Shown here in pieces: positions 8,093 to 18,775 of a stretch of 19,631 bases of DNA (the first letter of the stretch is position 1; each line of letters starts with the position of its first letter). Source of the DNA: Cyanophyceae cyanobacterium (GTDB taxonomy: Bacteria > Cyanobacteriota > Cyanobacteriia > Cyanobacteriales > Nostocaceae); NCBI GenBank assembly GCA_038214545.1, contig JBBQRU010000106.1, positions 1 through 19,631 of the forward strand, read 5' to 3'. The notes under the pieces were generated by a model. The model saw only the letters and a program-made list of their open reading frames with translations, did no database searches and was not told the origin of the DNA. Made by a program: the position numbers and the translations under genes.

Positions 8093-9328
8093 ATGCCATT
8101 ACGGTTATTAAAGTTGGCGCTATCGAAACAACAAGCGCGAATGTTCCGGTCTCACGACCATCTCAAATCAAGTTACGATGCGGTGATTATTGGTGGCGGC
8201 GGTCACGGACTTGCTGCCGCTTATTATCTCGCTAGAGATTATGGGATGCATAATGTTGCTGTTTTAGAAAAAGGCTACATTGGCGGTGGCAATACTGGAC
8301 GGAATACCACGATTATTCGCTCGAATTATCTCACTCCGGAAGGGGTGAAATTCTACGATGAGTCAGTCCGATTGTGGCAAGATTTATCACAAGACTTTGA
8401 TCTGAATTTGTTTTACTCAAATCGCGGTCATTTCACTTTAGCTCATACTGATGCTGCTGTGCGGACGATGCGCTGGCGGGCTGAAGTTAACAAGCATTTT
8501 GGTATTGATAGCGAGTTAGTTGGTCCTGCGGAAATTCAACAGGCTTGTCCGCAAATTGATCTGTCGTGTGGTGGATATGCACCGATTTTAGGGGCGTTGT
8601 ATCATGCTCCTGGAAGCATTGCCCGACATGATGCAGTAGCTTGGGGATACGGTCGCGGTGCTGATATGCGAGGTGTTGAAATTCATCAGCAAACAGAAGT
8701 TTTGGACATTACGGTAGAAAGCGATCGCGTGACGGGAATCCAAACTAGCCGGGGATATATTTCGACTCCTCGTGTTCTTTGTGCTGTTGCTGGATCTACA
8801 CCGAGGATTTTGCAGATGGTAAACTTGCGATCGCCTCTTTATATTCATCCTCTCCAAGCAATGGTCAGTGAACCGATGAAAGCTTGGTTAGATGCGATTA
8901 TTGTGTCTGGAAGTTTGCATGTCTACGTCAGCCAGACCGCACGGGGTGAGTTGGTGATGGGGGCTTCGCTTGATCCTTATGAGTTACATTCTACGCGATC
9001 GACATTAGATTTTGTCGAAGGACTGGCGGCACATATGTTGGAATTGTTTCCGTTTTTGTCTCATGCCAAAGTCGTGCGTCAGTGGGCGGGGATGGCTGAT
9101 ATGACGCCGGATTTTGCGCCTATTATGGGTAAAACTGCGATTGAGGGGTTTTATCTGGATTCGGGTTGGGGAACTTGGGGTTTTAAGGCTACGCCTGTAT
9201 GTGGCAAAACTATGGCTTATACTGTTGCTTGCGATCGCAATCATGAGTTGATTACTGATTTTTCTTTGGATCGATTTGCTAGGTTTCAGTTGGTGGGTGA
9301 GAAGGGTGCGGCTTCGGTGGGTCATTAA
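8093..9328 (+). CDS. mgdA: Heterotetrameric sarcosine oxidase beta-subunit family (SoxB); by context N-methylglutamate dehydrogenase subunit A
   Basis: YDAVIIGGGGHGLAAAYYLA FAD dinucleotide fold, NTTIIRSNYL, ~411 aa. Followed by soxD-, soxA- and soxG-like genes. Confidence 0.8.
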   Translation: MPLRLLKLALSKQQARMFRSHDHLKSSYDAVIIGGGGHGLAAAYYLARDYGMHNVAVLEKGYIGGGNTGRNTTIIRSNYLTPEGVKFYDESVRLWQDLSQDFDLNLFYSNRGHFTLAHTDAAVRTMRWRAEVNKHFGIDSELVGPAEIQQACPQIDLSCGGYAPILGALYHAPGSIARHDAVAWGYGRGADMRGVEIHQQTEVLDITVESDRVTGIQTSRGYISTPRVLCAVAGSTPRILQMVNLRSPLYIHPLQAMVSEPMKAWLDAIIVSGSLHVYVSQTARGELVMGASLDPYELHSTRSTLDFVEGLAAHMLELFPFLSHAKVVRQWAGMADMTPDFAPIMGKTAIEGFYLDSGWGTWGFKATPVCGKTMAYTVACDRNHELITDFSLDRFARFQLVGEKGAASVGH

Positions 9329-9330
9329 TT

Positions 9331-9407
9331 TAACCGCAAAGGACACTAAGGACGCGAAGGAAGAAAGAAAGAAGGTAAAGAGAAGAAGGTAAAGAGAAGA
9401 AGGGGAG
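9331..9407 (-). repeat. Short dispersed repeat (minus-orientation copy of the gtcctt...ggtt / TTTCTTTCTTCCTT family) with a 14-nt tandem duplication gaaggtaaagagaa x2
   Basis: Reverse complement of 9331-9370 matches 13367-13402. Purine-only tract 9355-9407. Tandem 14-mer at 9371-9398. Confidence 0.7.
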
Positions 9408-9434
9408 TTTACTAATTATTTGGGACTGCTGTAT

Positions 9435-9695
9435 ATGAAAGTTATTGTTTGTCCGGTTAATGGTTCTCGTTCTGTTTCGGAGTTTGTTTGTAGTGGTGAG
9501 GTGCGTTTGATGCCTGATCCACAGGGGGTTGATGATGTAGTTTGGGCTGATTATATTTTTAATCGCAATAGTATACCGGGGATTAATACTGAATGGTGGT
9601 GTCATACACCTAGTAATACTTGGTTTGTTGCTGAACGTAATACTCAGACTGATGAATTTCTCCGGACTTATTTGTATGGTGAGGAGGTTTTATGA
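9435..9695 (+). CDS. mgdB: Sarcosine oxidase delta-subunit family (SoxD); by context N-methylglutamate dehydrogenase subunit B
   Basis: ~86 aa, N-terminus MKVIVCPVNGSRSVSEF fits the SoxD MxxIxCPxCGxRxExEF pattern. Stop overlaps the next start (ATGA). Confidence 0.7.
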   Translation: MKVIVCPVNGSRSVSEFVCSGEVRLMPDPQGVDDVVWADYIFNRNSIPGINTEWWCHTPSNTWFVAERNTQTDEFLRTYLYGEEVL

Positions 9696-12613
9696 GTCAG
9701 CGGTTGTCGCCTATTTTGGGTGAGTGGATCGATCGCCGTCGGATGATCGGTTTCACTTTTGAAGGGACTCATTTTTATGGATATGCGGGAGATACTATTT
9801 GTAGCGCTTTATGGGCTTCTGGACAATGTATCCTTGGACGGAGTTTCAAGTATCATCGTCCTCGGGGGATTTTGAGTTTTGCGAATCATGATATTAATGC
9901 TTTGATGCAGTCGGGACAGCAGCTTAGTGTCAGGGCTGATGTGACGCTGTTGGATGATGGGATGGTGCTTTCGGCGGTGAATACTAGTGGGGGGGTGATG
10001 CACGATCGCGCTAGTGTGCTCAATTTCTTCTCTGCTTTTTTACCTGTGGGATTTTACTATAAGGCATTTCATGGTAAGCGTTTATTTCCTTTTTGGGAGC
10101 GGGTGATTCGTTCGATTTCGGGGTTGGGAAAGCTGGATTTTTCTACTCCTCATGTTCGGACTGCAAAACGGTATGACTTTTGTGATGTCTTGGTAGTTGG
10201 TGGTGGTGTGTCGGGTTTGTCGGCGGGATTAGCTGCTGCTGATGCTGGTGCTGATGTGGTAATTGTGGATGAGAATTCACGGGTTGGTGGTGCGGGTGGG
10301 TATCAAATTGGTGGTGATGTTTCGCGGAGTGAAAAGACACAGGCTTTAGTTAAAGCTGTTGCTGAGCATCCACGTATACGTGTTTATATTGAGACTTTGG
10401 CAGCAGCGTATTATATTGATGGTTGGGTGCCTTTAGTCGATCGCGATCGCATGACGAAAATGCGAGCAAAAGCGACGATTATTGCTAGTGGCGCTTACGA
10501 ACAGCCTGCGGTTTTTCGCAATAATGACCTTCCGGGTGTAATGTTAGCATCAGCGGCGCAACGGTTAATTTATCGCTATGCTGTGAAACCTTTTAATCGC
10601 GCGGTTGTCTTAGTTGCTAACAATGATGGTTATCGGGCGGCGGTTGATTTAATTCAGCACGGTGTCACCATTAATGCAATTATTGATTTACGCGATCGCT
10701 ATCCAGAAAATCAGCTCACGCAGACTTTGAAAAACAAAGGTGTGGTAATTCTGACTCAACACTGTATTTATGAGGCGACAAATTTAGGTGGACATGGTGT
10801 GACGGCGGCGATCGTTTGTCCGCTAGATGCAAATGGTTTGCCAAATCCTCGATTAAAGCAAACAATAGCTTGTGATGGTATTGTTATGAGTGTTGGTTGG
10901 GCACCGGCGGCAAATTTGCTGTATCAAGCTGGGACTAAAATGGGCTGGAGCGAGCATTTGCAGCAATTCGTGCCAGATATTTTACCACTAAGTGTTTTTG
11001 CTTGCGGACGCGTCAATGGTGTGTTCGAGTTTACACAAAAACTCTTAGACGGTCATCGCGCTGGACTAGAAGCGGCGGCTCATTTGGGTTTGGTAGAAAA
11101 AGCTGAGATAAATATCGTACCGGAATCAGAGTGTCCATCACATCCGTGGGCGATCGTTGAGCATCCTGTAGGTAAGAATTTTGTTGATTTTGATGAAGAT
11201 TTGCAATATAAAGACCTTACCGATGCGATCGCGGAAGGATTTGATAATATTGAGTTGCTGAAACGCTACACTACTGTCGGGATGGGACCGAGCCAGGGTA
11301 AACATTCCAATATGAATGCTCTGCGGATATTGGCTCGGATTACAGGTAAATCTCCAAAAGAGGTGGGTACAACGACGGCAAGACCTTTTTTCCATCCTGT
11401 ACCATTGTCTCATTTAGCGGGGCGAGGTTTTACACCCGAACGACGCACGCCATTACATAGTCGTCATGCGGCAATGGGCGCAAAATTTATGTTAGCAGGT
11501 GTGTGGCAACGACCTGAATATTATGCGCGATCGCGCGACCGTGAGGAATGTATTCGCACTGAAGCCGAGGCAGTCCGAAATAGTGTAGGTATAATTGATG
11601 TCAGCACGTTAGGTAAACTAGAAGTGCGCGGTGCTGATTCGGCTGAGTTTCTAGAACGTGTTTACACCGGACGCTATAGTAATCTTAAAGTTGGCATGAC
11701 TCGCTATGCCTTGATGCTTGATGAAGCTGGCATTGTGATAGATGATGGTGTGATTGCAAGGTTGTCGCCAGACCATTTTTACTTTACTACGACAACTTCA
11801 GGCGCAGCCAATATTTATCGGGAATTATCTCGTTTGAATACAATTTGGCGATTAGATTGCGGTATGGTCAATTTAACGGGGGCGCGATCGGCAATCAATC
11901 TTGCTGGTCCTTTTGCTCGTAAAGTATTGGTTAAATTGATGCAGATGGATCTTTCTAGCACTGCTTTTCCCTATCTGGGTGTACGTGAAGCCAGAATTGC
12001 AGACATTCCGGCGGTTTTGATGCGGGTTGGGTTTGTCGGTGAATGGGGCTACGAAATACACGTTGCGGCTGAATCGGTTCCGGCGTTGTGGGATGCACTC
12101 GAAGATGCCGGAAAAAACTTCGATATTTTGCCCTTTGGCGTTGAAGCACAACGGTTGCTGAGACTGGAAAAAGGACACTTAATTATTGGTCAAGATACCG
12201 ATGCGCTGACTACACCAAGAGAAGTAAATTTAGAATGGGCAGTCAAAATGGATAAACCGTTTTTCATCGGTCAGCGTAGTTTACAAGCGATCGCCAAACA
12301 ACCACTCAAGCAAAAGCTAGTAGGATTTATGCTGGAATCACTTCCAGAAACACCGCCGCAAGAGTGTCATTTGGTAATCGAAAATAATGAGATTGCTGGT
12401 CGAGTGACAAGTATTGCTTTTAGTCCCGCTTTAAAGCAATTCATTGGACTTGCTTATGTCAAGCCAGAAATGGCAGAGAAAGGCAATTATTTTTCAATTC
12501 GTTTATCGGATGGAGCGTTAGTCAAGGCGATCGTTACTCCTACCCCATTTTACGATCCAGATAACTTACGGCAAAAAGCCGAAACCGCCATAATGGAGGA
12601 AGTTACTGCATGA
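9692..12613 (+). CDS. mgdC: Sarcosine oxidase alpha-subunit family (SoxA, with C-terminal GcvT-like folate-binding domain); by context N-methylglutamate dehydrogenase subunit C
   Basis: 973 aa. VVGGGVSGLSAGLAAADAGADVVIVDE dinucleotide fold. C-terminal aminomethyltransferase-like region (GFVGEWGYEIH...). Coupled to flanking genes by ATGA overlaps. Confidence 0.8.
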   Translation: MSQRLSPILGEWIDRRRMIGFTFEGTHFYGYAGDTICSALWASGQCILGRSFKYHRPRGILSFANHDINALMQSGQQLSVRADVTLLDDGMVLSAVNTSGGVMHDRASVLNFFSAFLPVGFYYKAFHGKRLFPFWERVIRSISGLGKLDFSTPHVRTAKRYDFCDVLVVGGGVSGLSAGLAAADAGADVVIVDENSRVGGAGGYQIGGDVSRSEKTQALVKAVAEHPRIRVYIETLAAAYYIDGWVPLVDRDRMTKMRAKATIIASGAYEQPAVFRNNDLPGVMLASAAQRLIYRYAVKPFNRAVVLVANNDGYRAAVDLIQHGVTINAIIDLRDRYPENQLTQTLKNKGVVILTQHCIYEATNLGGHGVTAAIVCPLDANGLPNPRLKQTIACDGIVMSVGWAPAANLLYQAGTKMGWSEHLQQFVPDILPLSVFACGRVNGVFEFTQKLLDGHRAGLEAAAHLGLVEKAEINIVPESECPSHPWAIVEHPVGKNFVDFDEDLQYKDLTDAIAEGFDNIELLKRYTTVGMGPSQGKHSNMNALRILARITGKSPKEVGTTTARPFFHPVPLSHLAGRGFTPERRTPLHSRHAAMGAKFMLAGVWQRPEYYARSRDREECIRTEAEAVRNSVGIIDVSTLGKLEVRGADSAEFLERVYTGRYSNLKVGMTRYALMLDEAGIVIDDGVIARLSPDHFYFTTTTSGAANIYRELSRLNTIWRLDCGMVNLTGARSAINLAGPFARKVLVKLMQMDLSSTAFPYLGVREARIADIPAVLMRVGFVGEWGYEIHVAAESVPALWDALEDAGKNFDILPFGVEAQRLLRLEKGHLIIGQDTDALTTPREVNLEWAVKMDKPFFIGQRSLQAIAKQPLKQKLVGFMLESLPETPPQECHLVIENNEIAGRVTSIAFSPALKQFIGLAYVKPEMAEKGNYFSIRLSDGALVKAIVTPTPFYDPDNLRQKAETAIMEEVTA

Positions 12614-13251
12614 AAACCCCACTCCGCCTTAGCCCCGTACACGATGCACTCCAAAAACTCAACGGTTCGTGGCGTGAATTAAACGGAATGCCAACGCTAT
12701 TTTCTCGCCCAGAAGACGCAGTCCATTCCACTCAATTAGGTATTGCCGACTTATCATTCCTGACACGCTTTGGCATCAAAGGAAAAAATGCCGCCAATTG
12801 GTTAATACAACAAGGAATCTCAGTACCCGATCGCCCTAATTCCTGGCATACACTACCAGAAGGAGGAATCATCGCTCGCCTAGGTTTAACCGAATTTCTC
12901 ATCGAAGACAGTATCACCTCCACCATAGCACCACAATTAACCGCAGCCTGTCAACACCCACCCACCAAAGTTTACCCAGTATTGCGCCAAGACTTAGCGA
13001 TCGCCCTAACAGGCACAGCCATCCCCGAACTCTTACGCCAAACCTGCAACATCAACTTTCAGGCACTTCCTCTCACAGAACACCCCGTCATCATAACCAC
13101 CGCCATCGGCGTAAATGTCACCATCATACCCAGCCAACCATGCTATAGAATTTGGTGTGATTACACCTATGGCGAATACGTTTGGCAAACATTATTAGCG
13201 ATCGTACAACAACTAGGCGGTGATGCGATCGGAGTAGAACAATATCTCTAA
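12610..13251 (+). CDS. mgdD: Sarcosine oxidase gamma-subunit family (SoxG); by context N-methylglutamate dehydrogenase subunit D
   Basis: 213 aa. ATGA overlap with the alpha subunit. Size and position typical for SoxG. Confidence 0.65.
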   Translation: MKTPLRLSPVHDALQKLNGSWRELNGMPTLFSRPEDAVHSTQLGIADLSFLTRFGIKGKNAANWLIQQGISVPDRPNSWHTLPEGGIIARLGLTEFLIEDSITSTIAPQLTAACQHPPTKVYPVLRQDLAIALTGTAIPELLRQTCNINFQALPLTEHPVIITTAIGVNVTIIPSQPCYRIWCDYTYGEYVWQTLLAIVQQLGGDAIGVEQYL

Positions 13252-13280
13252 AACTACCCACCTTCCACCAAAAAAATAAC

Positions 13281-13402
<122 letters not shown>

Positions 13403-13419
13403 TTCGTTAATTTATTAAA

Positions 13420-14748
13420 ATGACACCAACAGAAGCCAAAAAATTCTTAACAGACCATCAAATCAAATATGTCCTAGCGCAATTTGTCGATATACATGGC
13501 GTAGCCAAAACCAAAGCAGTACCCGCATCGCATTTTGACGACATACTCAACCCAGGCGCAGGCTTTGCCGGATTTGCCCTTTGGGGACTCGGAATGCAAC
13601 CCAACAGCCCCGACTTTCTCGCTGTAGGAGACCCGACAACACTAACATTAGTCCCGTGGATGCCCGGATATGCGCGAATGGCGTGTGTCGGACATGTTCT
13701 CGGTCAACCCTATGGATATGATGCACGATTTGTGTTAATGCAGCAAATCGAGCGACTAAAACAAAAAGGGTGGATAATGTACACCGGATTAGAGCCAGAA
13801 TTCTCATTGCTAAGTAGAGACGAAAATGGCAAAGTAGATTTAAGCGATCGCACCGACACATTAGACAAACCCTGCTACGACTATAAAGGTTTATCACGAA
13901 GTCGTGCATATTTAGAAAAATTAGTTAGCAGTTTGCAAACCGTTGGTTTTGACGTTTACCAAATCGACCATGAAGACGCCAACGGACAGTTTGAAATTAA
14001 CTACACTTATACAGATTGTTTAACCTCCGCCGATCGCTACATCTTTTTCAAAATGGCAGCTTCCGAAATCGCCAAAGAAATGGGATTAATTTGCTCCTTC
14101 ATGCCCAAACCATTTGCTAATCGCAGTGGTAACGGAATGCACATGCACATCTCAATTTCTGACGGCAAAACGAACTTATTTGCCGATGACAGCGACTCAA
14201 AAAAATTAGGATTATCCCAACTAGCATACCACTTTCTCGGTGGATTATTAGCTCACGCTCCGGCAATGACAGCGATTTGTGCGCCAACAATTAACTCTTA
14301 CAAGCGACTTGTAGTGGGACGTTCATTAAGTGGCGCAACTTGGGCACCAGCCTACATCGGCTATGGTGATAACAATCGCTCCAGTATGGTGAGAATTCCC
14401 GGCGGTCGCTTAGAATTTCGGCTAGCTGATGGCTCATGCAACCCTTATTTAGCTGCCGCTGTAGCAATCGCCGCCGGGTTAGATGGTATTGAGAAAAAAA
14501 TTGATCCAGGCGAACCACAGAATATTAATTTGTACGCCCTATCCGATATAGAATTAAAACAAAAAGGTATTCATACTTTACCTCAAAGTTTAAAAGAAGC
14601 CGTTGACGCCCTAGAATCTGATGAAGTAATCAAAGCTGCTTTAGGAGTTTTAGCTGATGAATTTATTAGCCTCAAACGGATGGAGTGGATTGAATACATG
14701 CGTCACGTATCCGATTGGGAAATACAGCGCTACTTAGAGTTTTTCTAA
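13420..14748 (+). CDS. gmaS: Glutamine synthetase family protein (type I-like, ~442 aa); by context gamma-glutamylmethylamide synthetase
   Basis: GS catalytic-domain motifs [17 protein letters not shown] and NSYKRLV...SWAP-like. Lies between soxBDAG-like and gltB-fragment genes, as in NMG clusters. Confidence 0.75.
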   Translation: MTPTEAKKFLTDHQIKYVLAQFVDIHGVAKTKAVPASHFDDILNPGAGFAGFALWGLGMQPNSPDFLAVGDPTTLTLVPWMPGYARMACVGHVLGQPYGYDARFVLMQQIERLKQKGWIMYTGLEPEFSLLSRDENGKVDLSDRTDTLDKPCYDYKGLSRSRAYLEKLVSSLQTVGFDVYQIDHEDANGQFEINYTYTDCLTSADRYIFFKMAASEIAKEMGLICSFMPKPFANRSGNGMHMHISISDGKTNLFADDSDSKKLGLSQLAYHFLGGLLAHAPAMTAICAPTINSYKRLVVGRSLSGATWAPAYIGYGDNNRSSMVRIPGGRLEFRLADGSCNPYLAAAVAIAAGLDGIEKKIDPGEPQNINLYALSDIELKQKGIHTLPQSLKEAVDALESDEVIKAALGVLADEFISLKRMEWIEYMRHVSDWEIQRYLEFF

Positions 14749-14759
14749 CAAGAGATTAA

Positions 14760-14905
14760 CGAACCACAAAGGACGCGCCAGCGTAGCGAAGCCGTCAGGC
14801 GTTAGGACACGAAGGAATACATAGCAAACTCTAACTTTCTTCTTTCTTCTCTTCGCGTTCTAACGCCTGACGGCTTCGCTACGCTGGTGTGTCCTTTGTG
14901 GTTCG
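14760..14905. repeat. 46-bp near-perfect inverted repeat (two inverted copies of the dispersed repeat, each with a 29-nt insert) with a ~54-nt loop; long RNA hairpin or MITE-like element
   Basis: 14760-14805 cgaaccacaaaggacgcgccagcgtagcgaagccgtcaggcgttag. Reverse complement of 14860-14905 is cgaaccacaaaggacacaccagcgtagcgaagccgtcaggcgttag. The 2 differences are both G vs A, so G:U-compatible in RNA. Confidence 0.85.
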
Positions 14906-14964
14906 GTAAAAGTATTTTTCAAAAATCAAATTAGAATACAATATCTATTGAAAGGGATTTTGCT

Positions 14965-15858
14965 ATGTGTGGAATCGTAGGATTGCTAATTAAAAACCCC
15001 GAATTAAGAAGTAGTTTAGGTGAGTTAATGGTACCAATGCTAATTGGAATGAGCGCACGCGGACCAGATTCAGCCGGACTAGCTGTGTTCACAGAAATGT
15101 TAGGCGAGCAATATCGAAAATACAGTCTTTATTCAACCGTACCTGACTTTAACTGGTCAAAAATTGCCCAAGACTTTGAAAAATATTTCCACGTTACCCC
15201 AACAATGGAAATTAATGGCAATCATGCAATTCTAGTTTCCGATTTGCTTCCCGAAAAAGTCAAGCACTGGTTTGGACAATATCCTGATTTGCATGTTCTT
15301 TCTACAGGTCGAGCCATCGATCTTTACAAAGACACAGGATCGCCTGTGGAGGTTGTCTCACGCTACGATTTCAAATCGCTTAAAGGTTCTCATGTTGTCG
15401 GTCACACGCGCATGGCGACGGAATCAGCAGTCACCCCAGCACATGCTCACCCATTCACAGCGGGTGAAGATTTTTGTCTGGTGCATAATGGTTCGCTGTC
15501 GAATCCACATCAAATTCGCCGTCAACTAGAGCCACTGGGGATTCATTTTGAGACAGATAATGATACTGAAGCAGCTTGTCGATTTTTAGAGTGGCGGATG
15601 CGCGAAGGTGATGATTTGGAAGCTGCTATTGAGAAAGGTTTTGAAGCATTAGATGGTTTTTATACTTTCTTGATGGGAACGGCTGATAAGTTAGCCTTGG
15701 TACGCGATCCTTTTGCTTGTAAGCCGGCGGTGGTTGCGGAGACTGATGATTATGTAGCGATCGCGTCTGAGTTTCGCTCCTTAGCGCATTTACCTGATGT
15801 TAAAAATGCAACTATCTATGAACCTGCACCTGAGGAAATGTACGTATGGAAAGCGTGA
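14965..15858 (+). CDS. mgsA: Class II (Ntn) glutamine amidotransferase domain protein, GltB N-terminal-like; by context N-methylglutamate synthase subunit A
   Basis: MCGIVGLL N-terminal nucleophile Cys2. 297 aa. AAGGGA SD before the ATG. Followed by the other two GltB-like fragments. Confidence 0.75.
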   Translation: MCGIVGLLIKNPELRSSLGELMVPMLIGMSARGPDSAGLAVFTEMLGEQYRKYSLYSTVPDFNWSKIAQDFEKYFHVTPTMEINGNHAILVSDLLPEKVKHWFGQYPDLHVLSTGRAIDLYKDTGSPVEVVSRYDFKSLKGSHVVGHTRMATESAVTPAHAHPFTAGEDFCLVHNGSLSNPHQIRRQLEPLGIHFETDNDTEAACRFLEWRMREGDDLEAAIEKGFEALDGFYTFLMGTADKLALVRDPFACKPAVVAETDDYVAIASEFRSLAHLPDVKNATIYEPAPEEMYVWKA

Positions 15859-16523
15859 CGTTTGATTTGGCAGGAACGCCTTTGCGTCAGGTAAATCATT
15901 TTTTACACCACGACAAGAGCCAGCACATCCAGATTCTTAACCCTGATGGGACACATAATATTGCTGTTGGCATTGATGCGACAATTGATGTGGAAATTCA
16001 CGGACATACAGGGTATTACGCTGCCAGTATGAATAAATTGGCAAATGTCACTATTTTTGGCAATGCTGGTACAGGTGTGGCGGAAAATATGATGTCGGGT
16101 CGAGTGCATGTGAAAGGATTTGCGTCAGTATCAGCGGGAGCCTCAGCACATGGCGGATTGCTGGTAATCGATGGCGATGCTGGTTTGCGTTGCGGAATTT
16201 CTCTCAAAGGTGGAGATATTGTGGTTGGTGGGAATGTGGGTAGTTTTAGTGCATTTATGGCACAAGCAGGAAGAATTGTTGTCTGTGGTGATGCTGGCGA
16301 TGCATTAGGCGACTCTATTTATGAAGCAGTGATTTACGTGCGGGGTAAAATTAAGTCCTTAGGTGCTGATGCTCAAATCGAGCCGATGTCTGAGGCAGAT
16401 TACAACGCCGTGAGCGAATTACTAGATAAAGCCGGATTTTCTTACAATCCAAGAGACTTTCAGCGCATCGCCGGTGCGAAGCAATTATATCACTGGAATG
16501 CTGATGCTAATCAGGAGTATTAA
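15846..16523 (+). CDS. mgsB: GXGXG-motif protein (glutamate synthase alpha-subunit C-terminal domain-like); by context N-methylglutamate synthase subunit B
   Basis: Repeated G-x-G-x-G beta-helix motifs (GNAGTGVAENM, VIDGDAGLRCG, VVGGNVGSF, VVCGDAGDALG). 225 aa. 13-nt overlap with mgsA. Confidence 0.75.
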   Translation: MESVTFDLAGTPLRQVNHFLHHDKSQHIQILNPDGTHNIAVGIDATIDVEIHGHTGYYAASMNKLANVTIFGNAGTGVAENMMSGRVHVKGFASVSAGASAHGGLLVIDGDAGLRCGISLKGGDIVVGGNVGSFSAFMAQAGRIVVCGDAGDALGDSIYEAVIYVRGKIKSLGADAQIEPMSEADYNAVSELLDKAGFSYNPRDFQRIAGAKQLYHWNADANQEY

Positions 16524-16525
16524 TT

Positions 16526-17872
16526 ATGAATATGAATCAATCGTCTCGCGAAGAATCTTGGGGATACGATCGCCGCATTCTCAGCTACATTCAAAATGCA
16601 GCAGCACACGGTTTGTATGAAATTCGCGGTTTAGGTGCAAAGCGTCGATTACCGCATTTCGACGATCTGGTGTTTTTGGGTGCATCGATGACACGCTATC
16701 CTCTCGAAGGCTACCGCGAGAAGTGCGTCACAAAAACGGTTCTTGGCACTCGCTACGCGACAAAACCGATTGAACTCGACATTCCAATTACGATCGCTGG
16801 CATGAGTTTCGGTTCGCTTTCGGCTAATGTTAAACAAGCGTTAGGACTCGCAGCGACTGAATTAGGCACCTCGACCACAACGGGCGATGGTGGTATGACT
16901 TCGGAAGAAAGACTTTCATCCCAGACGTTGATTTATCAATGTTTGCCTTCTCGGTATGGTTTCAACCCTGATGACCTGAGAAAAGCGGATGCGATTGAAA
17001 TTGTTATCGGTCAAGGTGCAAAACCAGGTGGTGGGGGTATGTTATTGGGGCAAAAAATCAATCCCCGCGTTGCCGAAATGCGAACCTTACCGGAAGGTGT
17101 AGATCAACGTTCTGCTTGTCGTCATCCTGACTGGACGGGTCCTGACGACCTGACTATTAAAATTCAGTCGTTGCGGGAACTGACTGATTGGGAAAAACCT
17201 ATATATGTCAAAGTGGGTGCATCGCGCACATTTAACGATGTCAAACTTGCAGTCCACTCCGGTGCGGATGTGATTGTGGTGGATGGGATGCAAGGCGGAA
17301 CTGCAGCTACCCAATCTGTGTTTATTGAGCATGTGGGTATACCTACCCTTGCGGCGGTACGTCAGGCTGTGGAGGCTCTGGAGGAGATGAATATGAAAGG
17401 GAAAGTTCAATTAATTATATCGGGTGGGATTCGTACTGGTGCAGATGTGGCGAAAGCGATCGCAATGGGTGCAGATGCTGTCTCTATTGGACAAGGCGTT
17501 TTAGTCGCAATGGGTTGCAATAGCGAAACTTATATTCAAGATGGCAAGCATTATTCCGCTGTTGAGGATTATAACGCATTAGGAACGGTTCCTGGATATT
17601 GCCATCATTGTCATACTGGAAAATGTCCGGTCGGTATAACAACGCAAGATGAAATTTTAGAGAAACGCCTAGAACCACAAGTTGGGGCGCGTCGAGTTAA
17701 GAATTATTTGCAAACTTTAAATATGGAGTTAACGGCGATCGCGCGTGCTTGCGGGAAGCAAAACATTCATCACCTCGAACGCGAAGATTTAGTCGCGCTG
17801 ACCATCGAAGCCGCCGCAATGGCGCACTTACCTCTTGCTGGTACCTCCTGGATTCCTGGAGTGACAAACTAA
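16526..17872 (+). CDS. mgsC: FMN-binding glutamate synthase central-domain-like protein; by context N-methylglutamate synthase subunit C
   Basis: GltB FMN-domain signatures (IVIGQGAKPGGGGML, VIVVDGMQGGTAAT, ISGGIRTGADVAKAIAMGAD). 448 aa. CAGGAG SD before the ATG. Confidence 0.8.
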   Translation: MNMNQSSREESWGYDRRILSYIQNAAAHGLYEIRGLGAKRRLPHFDDLVFLGASMTRYPLEGYREKCVTKTVLGTRYATKPIELDIPITIAGMSFGSLSANVKQALGLAATELGTSTTTGDGGMTSEERLSSQTLIYQCLPSRYGFNPDDLRKADAIEIVIGQGAKPGGGGMLLGQKINPRVAEMRTLPEGVDQRSACRHPDWTGPDDLTIKIQSLRELTDWEKPIYVKVGASRTFNDVKLAVHSGADVIVVDGMQGGTAATQSVFIEHVGIPTLAAVRQAVEALEEMNMKGKVQLIISGGIRTGADVAKAIAMGADAVSIGQGVLVAMGCNSETYIQDGKHYSAVEDYNALGTVPGYCHHCHTGKCPVGITTQDEILEKRLEPQVGARRVKNYLQTLNMELTAIARACGKQNIHHLEREDLVALTIEAAAMAHLPLAGTSWIPGVTN

Positions 17873-17885
17873 CTCAAGCGGGTGA

Positions 17886-18656
17886 TTAAAGAAACACTCC
17901 ACCACTGGCTTCAAGGCGCTGACCATTAATCCAACCTGCATCTGGCGAACACAGAAAAGCTACAATTCCGCCAATATCTTCGGCTTGCCCAACACGCCCA
18001 AGTGCAGTTTGTGAGGCAATATAATTTTTAATTTGAGGATTATTTCTAACCGTTGCACTGTTAAAATCTGTTTCAATCGCACCAGGTGCTAAAACATTGG
18101 CGGTAATTCCTCTAGCACCAACTTCTTTAGCTAAGTATCTGGTAAAAGTTTCAATTGCACTTTTAGCCGATGCGTAAACTGAATAACCAGGATTGGCAAA
18201 ACGAGTTGTACCGCTTGAAATATTGATTATTCTGCCTCCATCGTTAATATAAGAAAGAAGTTTTTGAGTTAAAAAATACACACCTTTAAAATGAATGTTT
18301 ACTAAATTATCAAAATCCTCTTCCGTAACTTGAGCAATTGGAATTGTAGCCCCAATTCCGGCATTGTTAATTAAAAAATCCAATTTTTCAGCTTCAAAAT
18401 TTCCCTTTAAAACATCCTTAAGCTCGTTAACAAAGTTATCTAAATTTTTAATTTGACCCACATCAAGTTTGACAGCAGCAGCTTTCTGCCCCATTTCCTT
18501 GATTTGAGACACAACACTATTGGCTTCTTCAAGCTTAGTTTGATAAGTGATTATGATATCACAGCCACTTTGAGCCAAGCGCAAAGCCATATCTTTTCCA
18601 AGTCCACGACTTCCACCCGTAATTAAAGCAATTTTAGCAGTTTTAGTCATATACAA
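17886..18656 (-). CDS. SDR-family oxidoreductase (AT-rich, likely horizontally acquired)
   Basis: TGGSRGLGKDMA, NNAG, YSASKSA motifs. Convergent with mgsC with a 13-bp gap. Start may be the third Met (18650). Confidence 0.8.
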   Translation of the reverse strand: MYMTKTAKIALITGGSRGLGKDMALRLAQSGCDIIITYQTKLEEANSVVSQIKEMGQKAAAVKLDVGQIKNLDNFVNELKDVLKGNFEAEKLDFLINNAGIGATIPIAQVTEEDFDNLVNIHFKGVYFLTQKLLSYINDGGRIINISSGTTRFANPGYSVYASAKSAIETFTRYLAKEVGARGITANVLAPGAIETDFNSATVRNNPQIKNYIASQTALGRVGQAEDIGGIVAFLCSPDAGWINGQRLEASGGVFL

Positions 18657-18775
18657 TGATTCCAGAAATATCTAAACACGATTGTCAATTAACTAAGTTG
18701 CTCGTTAGCCCTATAGAACGTATTTTCAGGCTTGGCTTGAAAATAGGTCTTTTTGAAACTTATGGTTGCTAAACC

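Noticed and set aside
9341-9370. Glutamine riboswitch (glnA RNA motif) suggested by ggacgcgaagg-type sequence near nitrogen genes
   Set aside because: The same sequence recurs in inverted orientation at 13367-13402 and 14806-14860, so it is a dispersed repeat rather than an orientation-specific riboswitch. I cannot match the riboswitch E-loop or pseudoknot consensus.
10143-10340. His/Gln/Pro-rich 65-aa antisense ORF (HHHQ...HQHQHQQQ)
   Set aside because: It lies antisense inside the soxA/mgdC gene over the GGT/GGTG-rich dinucleotide-binding motif. This is a compositional artefact of reading Gly codons in reverse.
13547-13909. 120-aa antisense ORF inside gmaS, plus other 60-110-aa antisense or overlapping ORFs (3363-3602, 5142-5360, 6309-6518, 8588-8857, 9005-9346, 11138-11413, 11873-12178, 15272-15529, 17087-17410)
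   Set aside because: Each is fully embedded in a well-supported longer CDS on the other strand or frame. None has homology signatures or start-site context.
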